Shown: positions 40,326 to 50,567, counted from the first letter of the stretch. The stretch is DNA of 64,000 nt from Longimicrobiales bacterium (GCA_963664435.2 CAXXKM010000001.1:1535287-1599286); one strand, 5' to 3'. A program made the numbers and translations. The notes: generated from the sequence alone by a model not told the origin.

Positions 40326-41360
40326 TCAGCGGCTCGGCCCGAGGCTGCGCTCCGGGACCGGGAGCTTCGGCACGGGTACCTGGATCCGCTGGGGTCTGGA
40401 TGTGGGCGTGCGGACCGCCGCCACGGCGACGGGGTCGCGCTCGGCCACGCGCTCGCGGTGCCGAACGAGCACGAAGTCGGAGATCTTCTGCGCGTCCGCG
40501 GCGGCGCGCCGGATCTCGCGCGGGTCCTCTTCGAGCGCCTGGATCCAGCCCTCGACGTAGGCCGCGCCCCTGCTCGGGTCGTGGCCGACGCCGACTCGCT
40601 CGCCCGTCATCATGGCGCTGATCTCGGCCCGGAGCTCCTCCCGGGCGTACTGGGGCGACCCGAACCCGCCGTCGATCCCCTCGATGAGGGTCTCGCGGTT
40701 CATCCGGTCCTCGTGGCCGGTGCTGTGGCCCAGCTCGTGGAGCGCCGTCTGGTAGTAGTGGTTGGCCGAGGGGAACTGCCCGCGCTCGGGCAGCACGATC
40801 TCGTCGCGCTTCATGTGGTAGTAGGCGCGGTCGCCAGCGACGTGGCGGACCGGCACCCCGCCGTCCTCCATGACCCGCTCGGCCTCCTGGTGGACCTTCC
40901 AGAGCGGCTCGGGCGTCGGGGTCGCGCGCTCGGGCAGTCCGTCGGCCTGCTCGGCGTTGAACACGGTGTACTGGCGCACGAACGGCGCCTTGAGGTTCTC
41001 GTAGCGGTAGACGCGCTTGCCCTCCGCGTCCCTCCTGGGCCGCCCGCGCTCGTCGGTGACGGCGATGCGCTTCTTGTCCTGGAAGGAGAGGATGCGCGTG
41101 CCGCGCTCGCCCTTCCTGACCTGACCGCCCCGGTTCTGGATCTGGCGGTAGGTGCCCCAGCGCACGTCGCCGTAGCCGTGCTCCTGCTGGACGGCGGCCA
41201 GATGCAGACTGTTGCCGCCCCGGTAGGAGCGGTCGGTGTCCACGTTCGTGGGCATCACGCGCTCGCCCGGTGCCCACGGCTTCTGCCAGGGCGCGGTGCC
41301 TTTCCTGATCTGCTCGATGATCGCGTCGGCGAACTTGCGGTGATACTCGTCGTGTTTCAT
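40326..41360 (-). CDS. ardC: ArdC antirestriction / ssDNA-binding protein with zincin-like domain
   Basis: GTAPWQKPW, YRGGN, WGTYRQ, QVRKGE, YTVFNAEQ, HELGHSTG, YAREELRAE. Confidence 0.92.
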   Translation of the reverse strand: MKHDEYHRKFADAIIEQIRKGTAPWQKPWAPGERVMPTNVDTDRSYRGGNSLHLAAVQQEHGYGDVRWGTYRQIQNRGGQVRKGERGTRILSFQDKKRIAVTDERGRPRRDAEGKRVYRYENLKAPFVRQYTVFNAEQADGLPERATPTPEPLWKVHQEAERVMEDGGVPVRHVAGDRAYYHMKRDEIVLPERGQFPSANHYYQTALHELGHSTGHEDRMNRETLIEGIDGGFGSPQYAREELRAEISAMMTGERVGVGHDPSRGAAYVEGWIQALEEDPREIRRAAADAQKISDFVLVRHRERVAERDPVAVAAVRTPTSRPQRIQVPVPKLPVPERSLGPSR

Positions 41361-41554
41361 CGCGCGTCCTCCTCCCCGTGCGGGTCGTTCCAGGCAGCCG
41401 CGATCTCGTCCTCGGTCCCGACCTCCTCGGGGAAGAGGCCGTACTCCTCGGCCAGGTAGGCCCGGACTTCGAGCGTCTCGCCGCCGTCGCGGGCGAGTTC
41501 GCGGTCGAAGTCCTCGAACGTCTCGACGGGGATGGTTCCGCCGTTCCAGGTCAT
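41357..41554 (-). CDS. Small acidic hypothetical protein
   Basis: 65 aa, AAGGAGGT RBS, stop overlaps the ardC start. Confidence 0.75.
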   Translation of the reverse strand: MTWNGGTIPVETFEDFDRELARDGGETLEVRAYLAEEYGLFPEEVGTEDEIAAAWNDPHGEEDAR

Positions 41555-41558
41555 GGGT

Positions 41559-42563
41559 TCACCTCCTTCGGTGGGTGGGTGTGGTTCTGTTCTCCGGGTG
41601 CGTCCCGGGCCGCGCCCCGGACGGGGCAGTGATCCAGTGGCCGGTGGGCGCGTCGTAGCCGCAGACCTCGAGCGCGTCCTCGACGAACCGCCGACCGTCC
41701 CGGCGGGCCACGTGCAGGACCAGCGCGATCCCGTCCACGACGCCCCGGCAGGTGACCTCCCAGGGGAGCGCGTCTCCGGCCTGCATGGCGCAGCTCGCGA
41801 GCCGCGAGAGCGCGGAGCGCGCGTTGTTGGCGTGGATGGTGGTGAGCGACCCGCCGTGTCCGGTGTTGAGCGCCTGCAGCAGATCGGCGGCCTCGCCGCC
41901 CCTGACCTCGCCGACGACGATGTGGTCGGGCCGGTGGCGGAGCGCGTGGCGCACCAGGTCCCGGATCTCGACGGGCGTCTCCGAGAGGGTGGCCCCGGCC
42001 TCGAACCGGAGGCAGTTCGCCCGGTCGATCCTGAGTTCGAGCGTGTCCTCGATGGCGACGATCCGCTCGTCTTCCGGCAGCAGTTCGATCAGCGCGTTCA
42101 GGAGCGTGGTCTTGCCCGAGCCCGTGCCGCCGGAGACCAGGATGTTCTGGCGGGCCGCAAGCGTGCTCCGAGCGGCTTCGAGGATGTCCTTGGGCAGCGA
42201 GCCCAGGCGCACCAGGTCCTCGGCCGAGAACGCGCGGCCCCCGAACCGGCGTATGGTGATGGCGACCTCGGGACTCGCGGGCGGCGTGCAGATGGCGACC
42301 CGAGAGCCGTCTTCGAGCCGCGCGTCCAGGATCGGCCGCGCGGCCGGATCGAGCCCGAGAGGCCGGGCGATGTGGATGGCGGCGCGGTGGAGCCACGCGG
42401 CGGTGAGTTCGGGCGCTTCGTGCGGTTCCAGGCGGCCGCCGCGCTCGACCCAGACGTTCGCGGGACCGTTGATCATGATCTCGGAGACCTTCGGGTCCCC
42501 GAGCAGCTTCTCCAGGCCCGGAAGGAACGGAGTGAGGTGGCCGACGCCGCTCGCGCGCTTCAT
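41559..42563 (-). CDS. virB11: VirB11/TrbB (CpaF-family) conjugation ATPase
   Basis: SEIMING, GGTGSGKTT, IEDTLEL, LRHRPDHIVVGEVRGGE, NTGHGGSLTTIHAN; ATG at 42563. Confidence 0.93.
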   Translation of the reverse strand: MKRASGVGHLTPFLPGLEKLLGDPKVSEIMINGPANVWVERGGRLEPHEAPELTAAWLHRAAIHIARPLGLDPAARPILDARLEDGSRVAICTPPASPEVAITIRRFGGRAFSAEDLVRLGSLPKDILEAARSTLAARQNILVSGGTGSGKTTLLNALIELLPEDERIVAIEDTLELRIDRANCLRFEAGATLSETPVEIRDLVRHALRHRPDHIVVGEVRGGEAADLLQALNTGHGGSLTTIHANNARSALSRLASCAMQAGDALPWEVTCRGVVDGIALVLHVARRDGRRFVEDALEVCGYDAPTGHWITAPSGARPGTHPENRTTPTHRRR

Positions 42564-44590
42564 ATCCGCCCCTCCCTGCGCAGCCTCCAATAGCCGGTCT
42601 CCTTCGGCAGGTAATGGGGCTTGAGGTAGACGCGGCGGGCCGGGAGCGACTTCACGCCGTCGTAGGGCAGGCAGATCGCTTGATAGTTGGCGAGCAGCGC
42701 GAACTCGCGGGGCGTGAACACCGGCTCCCGGGACCGCCGGAACGACTTGCTCGCGCCGATGGTGCCGCGTCCGCCCCCGGCGCGCCCGGACAGGAGCGAG
42801 AACTCGGGCCTGCCGGTGGTCTCGCTGAACGTGTAGGAGGGCTGCGTCTTCATGACGGAGCCGCACATGTCGGACGCGATCTTGGCCGACGCCTCGTCGG
42901 AGAGCGACAGGAAGATCCGGGTGCGGAGCGTCTGGACGAGCGTGCGCCACGCTTCGCCGGAAGGCAGCACGGAGCGGAGCGAGGAGAGCGATTGCGTGGC
43001 CACGATGGGGATGCAGCGGCACTGCCGCGTGAGCGCGAACGCCTTCTCGTCGCCCGAGGGATCGTCCTGGCCCACGGTGGCAAACGCCTGATATTCGTCG
43101 CAGATGAACACGGCGGGCCGCATGTAGCGGTCGGGACGCCGGGCGGCCTCCGCCGGACGCCGGAGCAGCGCCTGCATCCAGGCGTTCTTGAGCAGCACGC
43201 CGATGGCGCGGGCGAGCGCCGGATTCGCGCCCGCGGGCATGTTGAGCGCGAGCACCCTGCCGCCCTCGATCAACTCGGAGAGCGGAGGCAGCCTCCGGCG
43301 CAGGCCCGGCATGGCCGGGACGTCCGGGACCTCCTCCTCGTCCACGTCGTCCGTCCGTTTCGCCGGGGCATCGTCCCCCGGCGGCGGCGGACAGAACACA
43401 CCCGCGACCTCCGGCTGGTCGAACAGCGAGAGGAACACGCTGATCCCCTCGACGATCGAAGTACGGAGCTTCGCGTCCAGCTCCGACCAGTCCTTGACGT
43501 ACCACCGGGCGACCGCCTCGACCCGCTCGGAGAACTCGCTCCCGGCAACGTTCTCGACCACCACCCTCCGGCATGTGACCTTCAGCTTCTTGAGCCGCTT
43601 TTCGAGTTCCGGATCGAGCCGGGTCGCCATGTCTTCGGTGCCGGGCACCTGCTCCCACGCCCACTTCGTGAGTGCTTCGGAATGCTTGACCATGTCCTTG
43701 CGGGAGATGATCGCCCTCACCGGCCGGCGCTCGTTCGCCAACTTCTGCGCCTCGCGGATCCTGTGCCTGAGCAGGTCCGCGTCGACCGTGCAGCGGTAGA
43801 TGTCCTGGAGCGTGACCCAGCTGCCCGGCAGGAGCCGGTGCAGCTCGATGATCCACCGGACGAGGTTCGTGTACGCCTGTTGCCAAAACGGCTCCCGGGA
43901 CTTGCCGAAGAGCTGGTTGATGAGCGACGCGACGCCGTACGCGAGCGAGTAGGAGTCGAGCAGCGGATCGTCGAGCGGGTTCCACTGGAGCGACCCGCCG
44001 AGCCCGATCTCGAGGTAGTCGTCCCCGCGCCCGGCGTCTTCGAGAATGCCTCGGACCTGGTGACAGAAGTCGCCCTTCACTTCGAGCACGAGCGCGCCCG
44101 CGCGGCGGCCGGGATCGTCCGCGCGCCAGAAGAGGATCTGGCGGGCGAAGGGGTACATGCAGCCGCTGGTCTTGCCGGTGCCGACGGCGCCCACGATGAG
44201 GGTGCCCGTGTAGAGCCCCTTCTCGGGAACGACGAGCCACGACGGTTGCTCGCTCTCGCGCGGCACCGTCGGATGATGCAGCTCGCCAACGACGAGCGAC
44301 GGCGCTTCGTCCTCGGGCGAGGTGGGCCACGCGGGCAGCTTGCCCCGTCGCCGGAACCTGAAGAGCGGATGGAGCCAGACCCGCCAGACGGAGAGGACGA
44401 ACGAACCGGCCAGCACGACCAGAACGGCGGGCCACGCGTAGTACCAGACGCGGATGGCGGCGTGCAGGCCCGGATCGTGCAAGGCGATCAGGTCGAGATA
44501 CGGGTTCGCGCCGGGGAACGGCGCCTTGAGCGCCTGGCCGGCGACCGCCCCGACCGCGCTCCCGATGATGGCGAGGGTACCGGACCTCAT
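42560..44590 (-). CDS. virD4: Type IV coupling protein (VirD4/TraG-like)
   Basis: N-terminal TMs, GAVGTGKT, EVKGDF, WNPL, PFW, FICDEYQ, ATQS. Confidence 0.88.
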   Translation of the reverse strand: MRSGTLAIIGSAVGAVAGQALKAPFPGANPYLDLIALHDPGLHAAIRVWYYAWPAVLVVLAGSFVLSVWRVWLHPLFRFRRRGKLPAWPTSPEDEAPSLVVGELHHPTVPRESEQPSWLVVPEKGLYTGTLIVGAVGTGKTSGCMYPFARQILFWRADDPGRRAGALVLEVKGDFCHQVRGILEDAGRGDDYLEIGLGGSLQWNPLDDPLLDSYSLAYGVASLINQLFGKSREPFWQQAYTNLVRWIIELHRLLPGSWVTLQDIYRCTVDADLLRHRIREAQKLANERRPVRAIISRKDMVKHSEALTKWAWEQVPGTEDMATRLDPELEKRLKKLKVTCRRVVVENVAGSEFSERVEAVARWYVKDWSELDAKLRTSIVEGISVFLSLFDQPEVAGVFCPPPPGDDAPAKRTDDVDEEEVPDVPAMPGLRRRLPPLSELIEGGRVLALNMPAGANPALARAIGVLLKNAWMQALLRRPAEAARRPDRYMRPAVFICDEYQAFATVGQDDPSGDEKAFALTRQCRCIPIVATQSLSSLRSVLPSGEAWRTLVQTLRTRIFLSLSDEASAKIASDMCGSVMKTQPSYTFSETTGRPEFSLLSGRAGGGRGTIGASKSFRRSREPVFTPREFALLANYQAICLPYDGVKSLPARRVYLKPHYLPKETGYWRLRREGRI

Positions 44591-44893
44591 CGCTTCAACC
44601 CCCTTCCTGGAAGGATTGCTGGCCCGGAGCGACCTCCCGTGGAGGACGGAATGGACGTGTCCATGCCGATCCTCCCCGATGGCACGCCACGCGTCCAAGG
44701 AGGGGGGTCGCTCCGGCCACGGTCGCCGGCGCCCGCGTGCCGCGACCGCTCGTCCCGCCGTGGCGCAACCGCAATCCGCCCAGCGACATGCGGAACCGGC
44801 GACCTGTCCGCCCGGGACGCGGTTCCGTGTCCGCCGACCCCCAACGTCGAACGGACACCCGCTCTACGGCCCCGGGACCCCGTAATCCCGCGG

Positions 44894-45811
44894 TCAAGAC
44901 AGGCCTCCGCGAAGCCGTCGGGAGCGCCATGCCGTGAAGCCGTCGACCGCCATGCCGGGGCCGGCGGACCGGACCTGCTTCTTGAGTTCGGCGATCCGGA
45001 CGAGGCAGCTTTGGAACCCGCCGAGCTTCTCGACCGCCTCGTCGTCCATGCCGAGGATCGCCTGCTCGATCCGCTTGATTTCGCGGCGGGCCAGATCGGC
45101 TCCCTTCGCCTCGGCGGGTGCGTCGGCCCAATGCCCGAGCACGTTGCGAGCCCGCGCGAGTTCCGGCGCGGTTCGCACGACCGCGGCAACCTCGACGGAC
45201 AGCCCCCGGATTTGGAGCGCGTGCCAGAGCCCCCGGTGCGAACGGCCCCACGAGCGGAGCGCCGTCGCCGTCTCGTGGCCGGGATCGGCGTAGACGAACA
45301 GGGCGCGGCGCTCGTCCAGCGCGACGGGCAGCTTGACCGGGAAGTAGCGCCGGGTCTCACGGGCACCCCGGCCGTACACCCTCACGGGCAGCAGTGCGCG
45401 CTCGATGCCGAGCGCTTCGAACGCGGCGACCTTCTCGGGCTCGGTCGGGAGCCAGGGAAGCTCCGTGTGGTCGATGACGTAATCGAGCGAGAGAAGACGG
45501 CGCAGGAGCACTTCCTCGGAAGCCGTCTTCCGGTGGCGGATGTGCTCGGCTCCGAGCGCCCGGTAGATGGGCCGCGAGAAGATCCGGCAGACCCTTCGTC
45601 CGTGCAGCGTCTCCTTCGCGGCCAACTTCTGCGCCGTGATGGCCCGTACGAACCGGCGGGTCGTGCGGCCGCGGGTCTGGAGCCACGCTGTGAGCTGCGC
45701 AAGCGTGAACACGCCGCTGTGGAGGCACGCCAGCGCGATCCACTCGGCCTTCTTCCCCTTCCACCCGAACGTCTCAAGCGCCTGCTCGCGGCCCTTCAGG
45801 TGCGCGATCAT
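44894..45811 (-). CDS. Hypothetical ICE protein, soluble, basic, wHTH-like N-terminus
   Basis: 305 aa; ATGA-coupled to virB8; HSGVFTLAQL, RRLLSLDYV, WLPTEPEKV. Confidence 0.75.
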   Translation of the reverse strand: MIAHLKGREQALETFGWKGKKAEWIALACLHSGVFTLAQLTAWLQTRGRTTRRFVRAITAQKLAAKETLHGRRVCRIFSRPIYRALGAEHIRHRKTASEEVLLRRLLSLDYVIDHTELPWLPTEPEKVAAFEALGIERALLPVRVYGRGARETRRYFPVKLPVALDERRALFVYADPGHETATALRSWGRSHRGLWHALQIRGLSVEVAAVVRTAPELARARNVLGHWADAPAEAKGADLARREIKRIEQAILGMDDEAVEKLGGFQSCLVRIAELKKQVRSAGPGMAVDGFTAWRSRRLRGGLS

Positions 45812-46479
45812 CGGTCGCTCCCGGTCACGAGCGCCAGGTCGGCCCGCATGTAGGTGACGAGGAGCCCCATCGGGTTGTGGACGACCAGCTCGGGCGGGAC
45901 CGAGTCGAGGAACTCGAACCGGAGCGAAAGCGACCAGCGTTCCCGCCGCAGCTCCTGCTCGCCCCTCAGGTGCACGAGGTCGAAGTCCGCCGTCGCGCCG
46001 TGCGGCGGCTCGGGCGCGGGATGGATGCGCAGCACGACCTGCTCGACTTCGAGTTCGGTCTCAGCCGTCCCCGCCGCGACGCTCGCGACCTCCTCGCCGT
46101 CCCTCTGGAACGCGGCGTTCGCGAGGTCGGTGCTCAGGAACCGGAGGCTCCTCGTCCAGCTTTCCTGCGCCGTCGCCCGCCGGCGCGAGTGGAAGTCGTG
46201 GACGAACCGGTTGAGGAAGTACTTCGTCGTCGGATCGAGCGGATCGGCCTGCGCGGTCGCCGCCTCGTAGGCCAGCGCCTCGGCGCGTCCCACCTCGTCC
46301 ACCCGGATCACGATGGGTTTGGGCGGTTCCGCGCCCGCGATCCTGAGCAGGACCACCACGCCCAGGACCATGCTCGCGGAGAGTAGGATCAGGATCCGTC
46401 GCAGCTTCCGGTTAGACTCGACCGCCTCGCCCCAGATCTCGGCGTACTCACGGCCAGCGTTACGGTCACGTTTCATCAT
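45808..46479 (-). CDS. virB8: VirB8/TrbF-like protein
   Basis: One TM helix, PIVIRVDEVG, NPMGLLVT. Confidence 0.82.
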   Translation of the reverse strand: MMKRDRNAGREYAEIWGEAVESNRKLRRILILLSASMVLGVVVLLRIAGAEPPKPIVIRVDEVGRAEALAYEAATAQADPLDPTTKYFLNRFVHDFHSRRRATAQESWTRSLRFLSTDLANAAFQRDGEEVASVAAGTAETELEVEQVVLRIHPAPEPPHGATADFDLVHLRGEQELRRERWSLSLRFEFLDSVPPELVVHNPMGLLVTYMRADLALVTGSDR

Positions 46480-46496
46480 CGGCCTCTCCTTGCTGC

Positions 46497-47486
46497 TCAG
46501 ACGGGGGGCTTGGCGGGGGCGGCGGCCTTGCTCGCTCCCTGCATGACGAGGGCGACGAACCCGGACCCGGCGGAGCCGGAGCCGGAGACGAGCATCGAGG
46601 CGAGCTCGCCGACCTTGAGCCCGGCCATGAGGCCGGAGACGACGAGCGGCATGAGGACGACGGCCCAGAGCCAGAGTTCTCCCGCGTCGGCCGTGCCGGT
46701 GCCCATCAGCGCATCGGCGTAGGTCGTGATGTAGCCCATGCCGACGCCCATGAAGACTCGGAGGATGGCTCCCGCCACGACGCCGTAGAGCGTGTAGACC
46801 ATCAGCGTCCGGAACCATCCCCAGAACAGGAACGAGAGCGGCTCGAAGAGCAGGAACGCGATGAACACGGGACCGAGCAGGATCGCGATGGCGATCGCGA
46901 CCTGCGCCCAGATCACCTGCGCGTAGGTGACGCAGAACAGCGCCAACAGGCAGACCACGAGCGAGGCGCCCATCACGAGCGTGACCAGGGAGGAGAAGAT
47001 CACGGTCGTCCCCGCCGTCACGATCGAGAGCAGGTTGCCCGTGGACCACGCCGCGCTCAGGTGCGCGCTGTACGCCTGCACGAGCCCGGTCATCTCCGAG
47101 TACCCGGCCGACACCACGTCGGACAGAAACAGGTTCTGGAGCCAGATCCCGCCTCCGGCGATCATGGCCGGGAACGTGAGTCCCACGCCGGGGATCGGGA
47201 CGATGTAGTAGTGGAGCAGCGTGCGGGGGATCGCGATCCCGATCACGAGCTTGACGATCTCCCAGGGCTGGAAGGTGCCGCTGAACGCGATCTTGAGGCC
47301 CGTCCAGGCGACCATCACGGCGGCGAGTCCGCCCCAGAGCTGAAGTCCCAGCGTGTGCACGTCGGGCGCGGCTCCGCCGACGACGGTGTCGAGCACCACG
47401 TCGAGGAAGCTCTTGAAGTCCTGAAGCTCGTCGGCCGGGATCTGTGTGGGGACGTTCGGGTCGATGGACTGCGGGGGCAGTTGCAT
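46497..47486 (-). CDS. virB6: VirB6/TrbL-like inner membrane protein
   Basis: Polytopic; LLGPVFIAFLLFEPLSFLFWGW. Confidence 0.82.
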   Translation of the reverse strand: MQLPPQSIDPNVPTQIPADELQDFKSFLDVVLDTVVGGAAPDVHTLGLQLWGGLAAVMVAWTGLKIAFSGTFQPWEIVKLVIGIAIPRTLLHYYIVPIPGVGLTFPAMIAGGGIWLQNLFLSDVVSAGYSEMTGLVQAYSAHLSAAWSTGNLLSIVTAGTTVIFSSLVTLVMGASLVVCLLALFCVTYAQVIWAQVAIAIAILLGPVFIAFLLFEPLSFLFWGWFRTLMVYTLYGVVAGAILRVFMGVGMGYITTYADALMGTGTADAGELWLWAVVLMPLVVSGLMAGLKVGELASMLVSGSGSAGSGFVALVMQGASKAAAPAKPPV

Positions 47487-47499
47487 GGCCGTCGCGCCC

Positions 47500-48396
47500 C
47501 TACCGGTAGAACGACGGGACGCGGAACAGGAGCCCGTCGCGGAGCGCGGTTCGGTTCAGCGAAGCCGCGTCCCGCATCGTCTCGGCGAGCGTGTTCGCGT
47601 GCGCCCGGCCGTCATGCCAACGGCCAAGCCATTCGAGGCGGGCGAGTTCGGCCTCACGCGCCCGGCTCGCCTCGGCGGCGGCCTGGTGGGCGAGCACCTG
47701 TCCGGCGGCCGCGTTGACCCGGCCCTGGCTCAGCGCGGCGGCTACCCGTGCCTGCTGGAGGGCGGTGTTCGAGATGTTCCGGTTCGAGGTCAGGTCGGCG
47801 AACGAGCCCTGCGCGCTCTCGATGGTCCCGGCGAGCGCGGCGGCCGCGTCGAGCGCCGCGTAGTCGAGCACCCGCTGCCGGTCGGCCGCCTCGCGGGCAC
47901 GGCGGTAGTCCTCCAGCGCGCCCGTCGCCGCTTGGGGCGGAAGGTTCCGGAAGAGATCCAGGATGTCGGCCTCGCGCACCCGGTCGGCCGTGCCGTGCGC
48001 GCTGCGCCACAGTGCGGTGACCGAGCGGCCGCTTCCCATTGCCCGGACGGCGTCCACCGTGCTGCGGGCCTGTCCCGTGAAGTCGGACCGCCAACCTAGT
48101 CCATCGCGCACGAGGCCCACGGGATCGGCGGCGAGATCGGAAAACGGTTGCAGAAGCGCGTCGATTTCGCCGCGCGCGGCGCGCTCCATGTGGTCGAGCT
48201 GGTCTTCGAGTTCCGTAAGCTGGCGGGCCATCGACCGGATCTGGCTGACCTGGTGCGAGATCTGCGTGATCTGGTTCGCGATGATCGTGGCCCGCTGGAT
48301 CCAGCTGCCGAAATCGAACTGCGCGCTCGCGGGAGCGGGGGCCGCGAGCGCCAGGAGCGGAACGAGAAGGGCGGCGATGAGGATGCGGTGATGCAT
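47500..48396 (-). CDS. VirB5/TrbJ-like protein
   Basis: Signal peptide; NQITQISHQVSQI coiled coil; upstream of virB6. Confidence 0.7.
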   Translation of the reverse strand: MHHRILIAALLVPLLALAAPAPASAQFDFGSWIQRATIIANQITQISHQVSQIRSMARQLTELEDQLDHMERAARGEIDALLQPFSDLAADPVGLVRDGLGWRSDFTGQARSTVDAVRAMGSGRSVTALWRSAHGTADRVREADILDLFRNLPPQAATGALEDYRRAREAADRQRVLDYAALDAAAALAGTIESAQGSFADLTSNRNISNTALQQARVAAALSQGRVNAAAGQVLAHQAAAEASRAREAELARLEWLGRWHDGRAHANTLAETMRDAASLNRTALRDGLLFRVPSFYR

Positions 48397-48413
48397 GGGG
48401 AAGTCCTTTCGTG

Positions 48414-49658
48414 TCAGCGGGGTGTGGTGCGGATGGGGGCTGGGACGAGGACATCCGCGGTGAACCAGACGCGGAGCCGGTGGCCCGCCCGGATCGTGAT
48501 CTCCGGCATCCGGTTCAGGTACCGGTCGAGCATCGAGGCGGCGCTGCCTCCGAGTCCCTGGCCGACGCCCGCCCGGAGTCCGTAGGGCGAGGCTCCGGCA
48601 AGCGTCAACCCGCTCAGCGCGCCGACCGCTCCGGCGGCCGCGAACGTCGAGAGGTAGCGCCGGTTCACCTGGTCCCTGAGGGCGCTCTCGCCTGCTTGGT
48701 TCAGGCCGGCGAACTCAAGGTCCACCCAGCTTCCGTCGGGCAGCAGCAGCCGGTGGAACCCGACGGCGAGACGGGTCTGGTCGCGGTCCTGCACCGCTTG
48801 GGCCGTGCCGACGACGCGCGTGCCGCGCGGGATCAGCACCCGCTGCCGGTCGGCCGAATACAGCGGCACGGACACCATGGCGAGCACCGGGCCGGGGAAC
48901 TCGCCGGAGAGTTGGGTGACCAGCACCGCCTCCAGGAACGTGCCCTCGTGGATGCGCTCCCAGCCCGGCGGGTCATCCGGCCGGACCAACCGGCCGGGCT
49001 CGGATGTGCGCTTCGAGGAAGAGCCGGTCGGCACAGGGCCTCCTTCGCTGGGCGCGAACTCTCCGCCCGACAGCCCGGCCACCATCTCGGCCTCAAGCGC
49101 GGCGAGGGACTGCCCGAGGGACGCGAGCGCCCCGTCGAGCGCGGCATCGGGAGACTCGGGTGTGGGCGGTGACACCCAAGCCGCATTTGAAGCCCGGTTC
49201 GGATCCCGGTGGGACTGCGCGACGGGCAGCGAGCGGAGCGAGCGCGTCCGGCGCTCGACCTCTTCGAGCCGGAGCGCCTCGCGAAGCTCGAACTCGGCCC
49301 GGCCAAGGCCGGCCTGGGTTCCGGCGTTGCCGGCATCCGCCGCCGCGTCTTGTCCGGCCGGTTCCTGTCCGGCGGCATCGGACTGTTGCCGCTCACGGTC
49401 CGCATCGGCCGCCGCCTGCTGGCTCTGGCGATCAGTCTCGGCGCTGAGGCGCCCGTCGAGCGAGCGGCCCGTGCGGTCGTCCACGGGCCGTGGCTCCGCG
49501 GGCGCGACTCCCTCGGCCGTCTCGTCGGGACCCGCGAGCGACGAGGAGAACAATAACCCTGCGACGAGCACGGTTATCAGGGCGATGCCGACTTTCGTGA
49601 CGAGGCCACCGGGCAGCGCGCCCTTCGGCTCCTTGAACCACTGCTTCCAACTACTCAT
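48414..49658 (-). CDS. virB10: VirB10/TrbI
   Basis: EGTFLEAVLVT, VLIPRGTRVVG, RLLLPDG, ITIRAGHR. Confidence 0.9.
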   Translation of the reverse strand: MSSWKQWFKEPKGALPGGLVTKVGIALITVLVAGLLFSSSLAGPDETAEGVAPAEPRPVDDRTGRSLDGRLSAETDRQSQQAAADADRERQQSDAAGQEPAGQDAAADAGNAGTQAGLGRAEFELREALRLEEVERRTRSLRSLPVAQSHRDPNRASNAAWVSPPTPESPDAALDGALASLGQSLAALEAEMVAGLSGGEFAPSEGGPVPTGSSSKRTSEPGRLVRPDDPPGWERIHEGTFLEAVLVTQLSGEFPGPVLAMVSVPLYSADRQRVLIPRGTRVVGTAQAVQDRDQTRLAVGFHRLLLPDGSWVDLEFAGLNQAGESALRDQVNRRYLSTFAAAGAVGALSGLTLAGASPYGLRAGVGQGLGGSAASMLDRYLNRMPEITIRAGHRLRVWFTADVLVPAPIRTTPR

Positions 49659-50563
49659 CGCGAGCCCGCCTCTGGCTCGAATCGCCAGCGCAGCCGCTCC
49701 TCGCCGATCTGGAGCCATCCGTCGCCCAGGACGCGACGGGCGACGTAAAGGCCGTCGCTGCCCAAGTCGAACGCGACCAGGCTCGGCTCGCCGTCCTTCA
49801 TCTCGTAGAGCGCTGGGGACTCCTGCGCGCGCGAGCGGATGTAGGTGAAGAGCCCGTCGTGCCACATCGCCTCGATGAGGAACGGCCGTTCGGACGCCCT
49901 CCGGTCCAGCCGGTACTCGAACCGCAGCCGCTCGGGGTAGGAGGCGCGGAACGCTTCGACCTCGGCAGCCGCCCGCTCGCGCGCCTCGGCGATCCCAGCC
50001 GCGGCCTCCTCGCGCGCCTCGGCGATCCCAGCCGCGGCCTCCTCGCGCGCCCGGCCCGCGGCGGCGGCGGCCTCGGCCGCCATCTCGCGGTAGGCTGTGA
50101 CCTCGCTCCGGGCCACGAAGCCAGGAGTGCCGGACAGGGCTGCCGCCTCAGCGCCCGCCTCGACGCGGACGACGAGGTGGGGCGGCTTCTCGCCGTGCTC
50201 GGCGACGAGGAACGAGTAGATGCGCCCCGACTCGCAGACGAGCGCGACGTTCGTGGCCGCGTCCTCGGCCAGGGGCTTCAGGTACGCGACGTTCGCCGCG
50301 CCGGTCAGGTGCCAGTACTCCGAGTCGCCGGCGACGAAGTCGAGGATCCGCTCGCTGGCCGGAAGCACGATTACCGTCGTGTGGCGCACACGCGCGCGGA
50401 GCCGGGGGATCCGCTCATCGCCCTCCTCGGGCACCGGTACGCGCAGGTAGGCGGCATCGGCGCTCGGTTGCTGCGCGCAGGCATCGCCGGGCAGCGCCGC
50501 CAGAAGCAGCGTGAGCAGGACAACGACGATCCCGAGCAGGATCGCTGCGGTTGGTGTTTTCAT
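49655..50563 (-). CDS. virB9: VirB9/TrbG
   Basis: Signal peptide, TTVIVLP..E.I, GDSEYW, YLKP, TNV, WHDGLFTY. Confidence 0.87.
   Translation of the reverse strand: MKTPTAAILLGIVVVLLTLLLAALPGDACAQQPSADAAYLRVPVPEEGDERIPRLRARVRHTTVIVLPASERILDFVAGDSEYWHLTGAANVAYLKPLAEDAATNVALVCESGRIYSFLVAEHGEKPPHLVVRVEAGAEAAALSGTPGFVARSEVTAYREMAAEAAAAAGRAREEAAAGIAEAREEAAAGIAEARERAAAEVEAFRASYPERLRFEYRLDRRASERPFLIEAMWHDGLFTYIRSRAQESPALYEMKDGEPSLVAFDLGSDGLYVARRVLGDGWLQIGEERLRWRFEPEAGSR
49976..50051. repeat. 33 bp in-frame tandem duplication in virB9
   Basis: AREEAAAGIAE x2, identical at the DNA level. Confidence 0.88.
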
Positions 50564-50567
50564 GGTG

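Noticed and set aside
41559..44435. 958 aa ORF as a single fusion protein
   Set aside because: Only the last 334 aa are VirB11; the upstream part is an alternate frame of virD4.
42614..45853. Long antisense ORFs (1079 aa here; also 17308-20052, 25508-28069, 50511-52766)
   Set aside because: These are shadow ORFs typical of high-GC DNA, opposite or out of frame with motif-bearing genes, with no motifs of their own.
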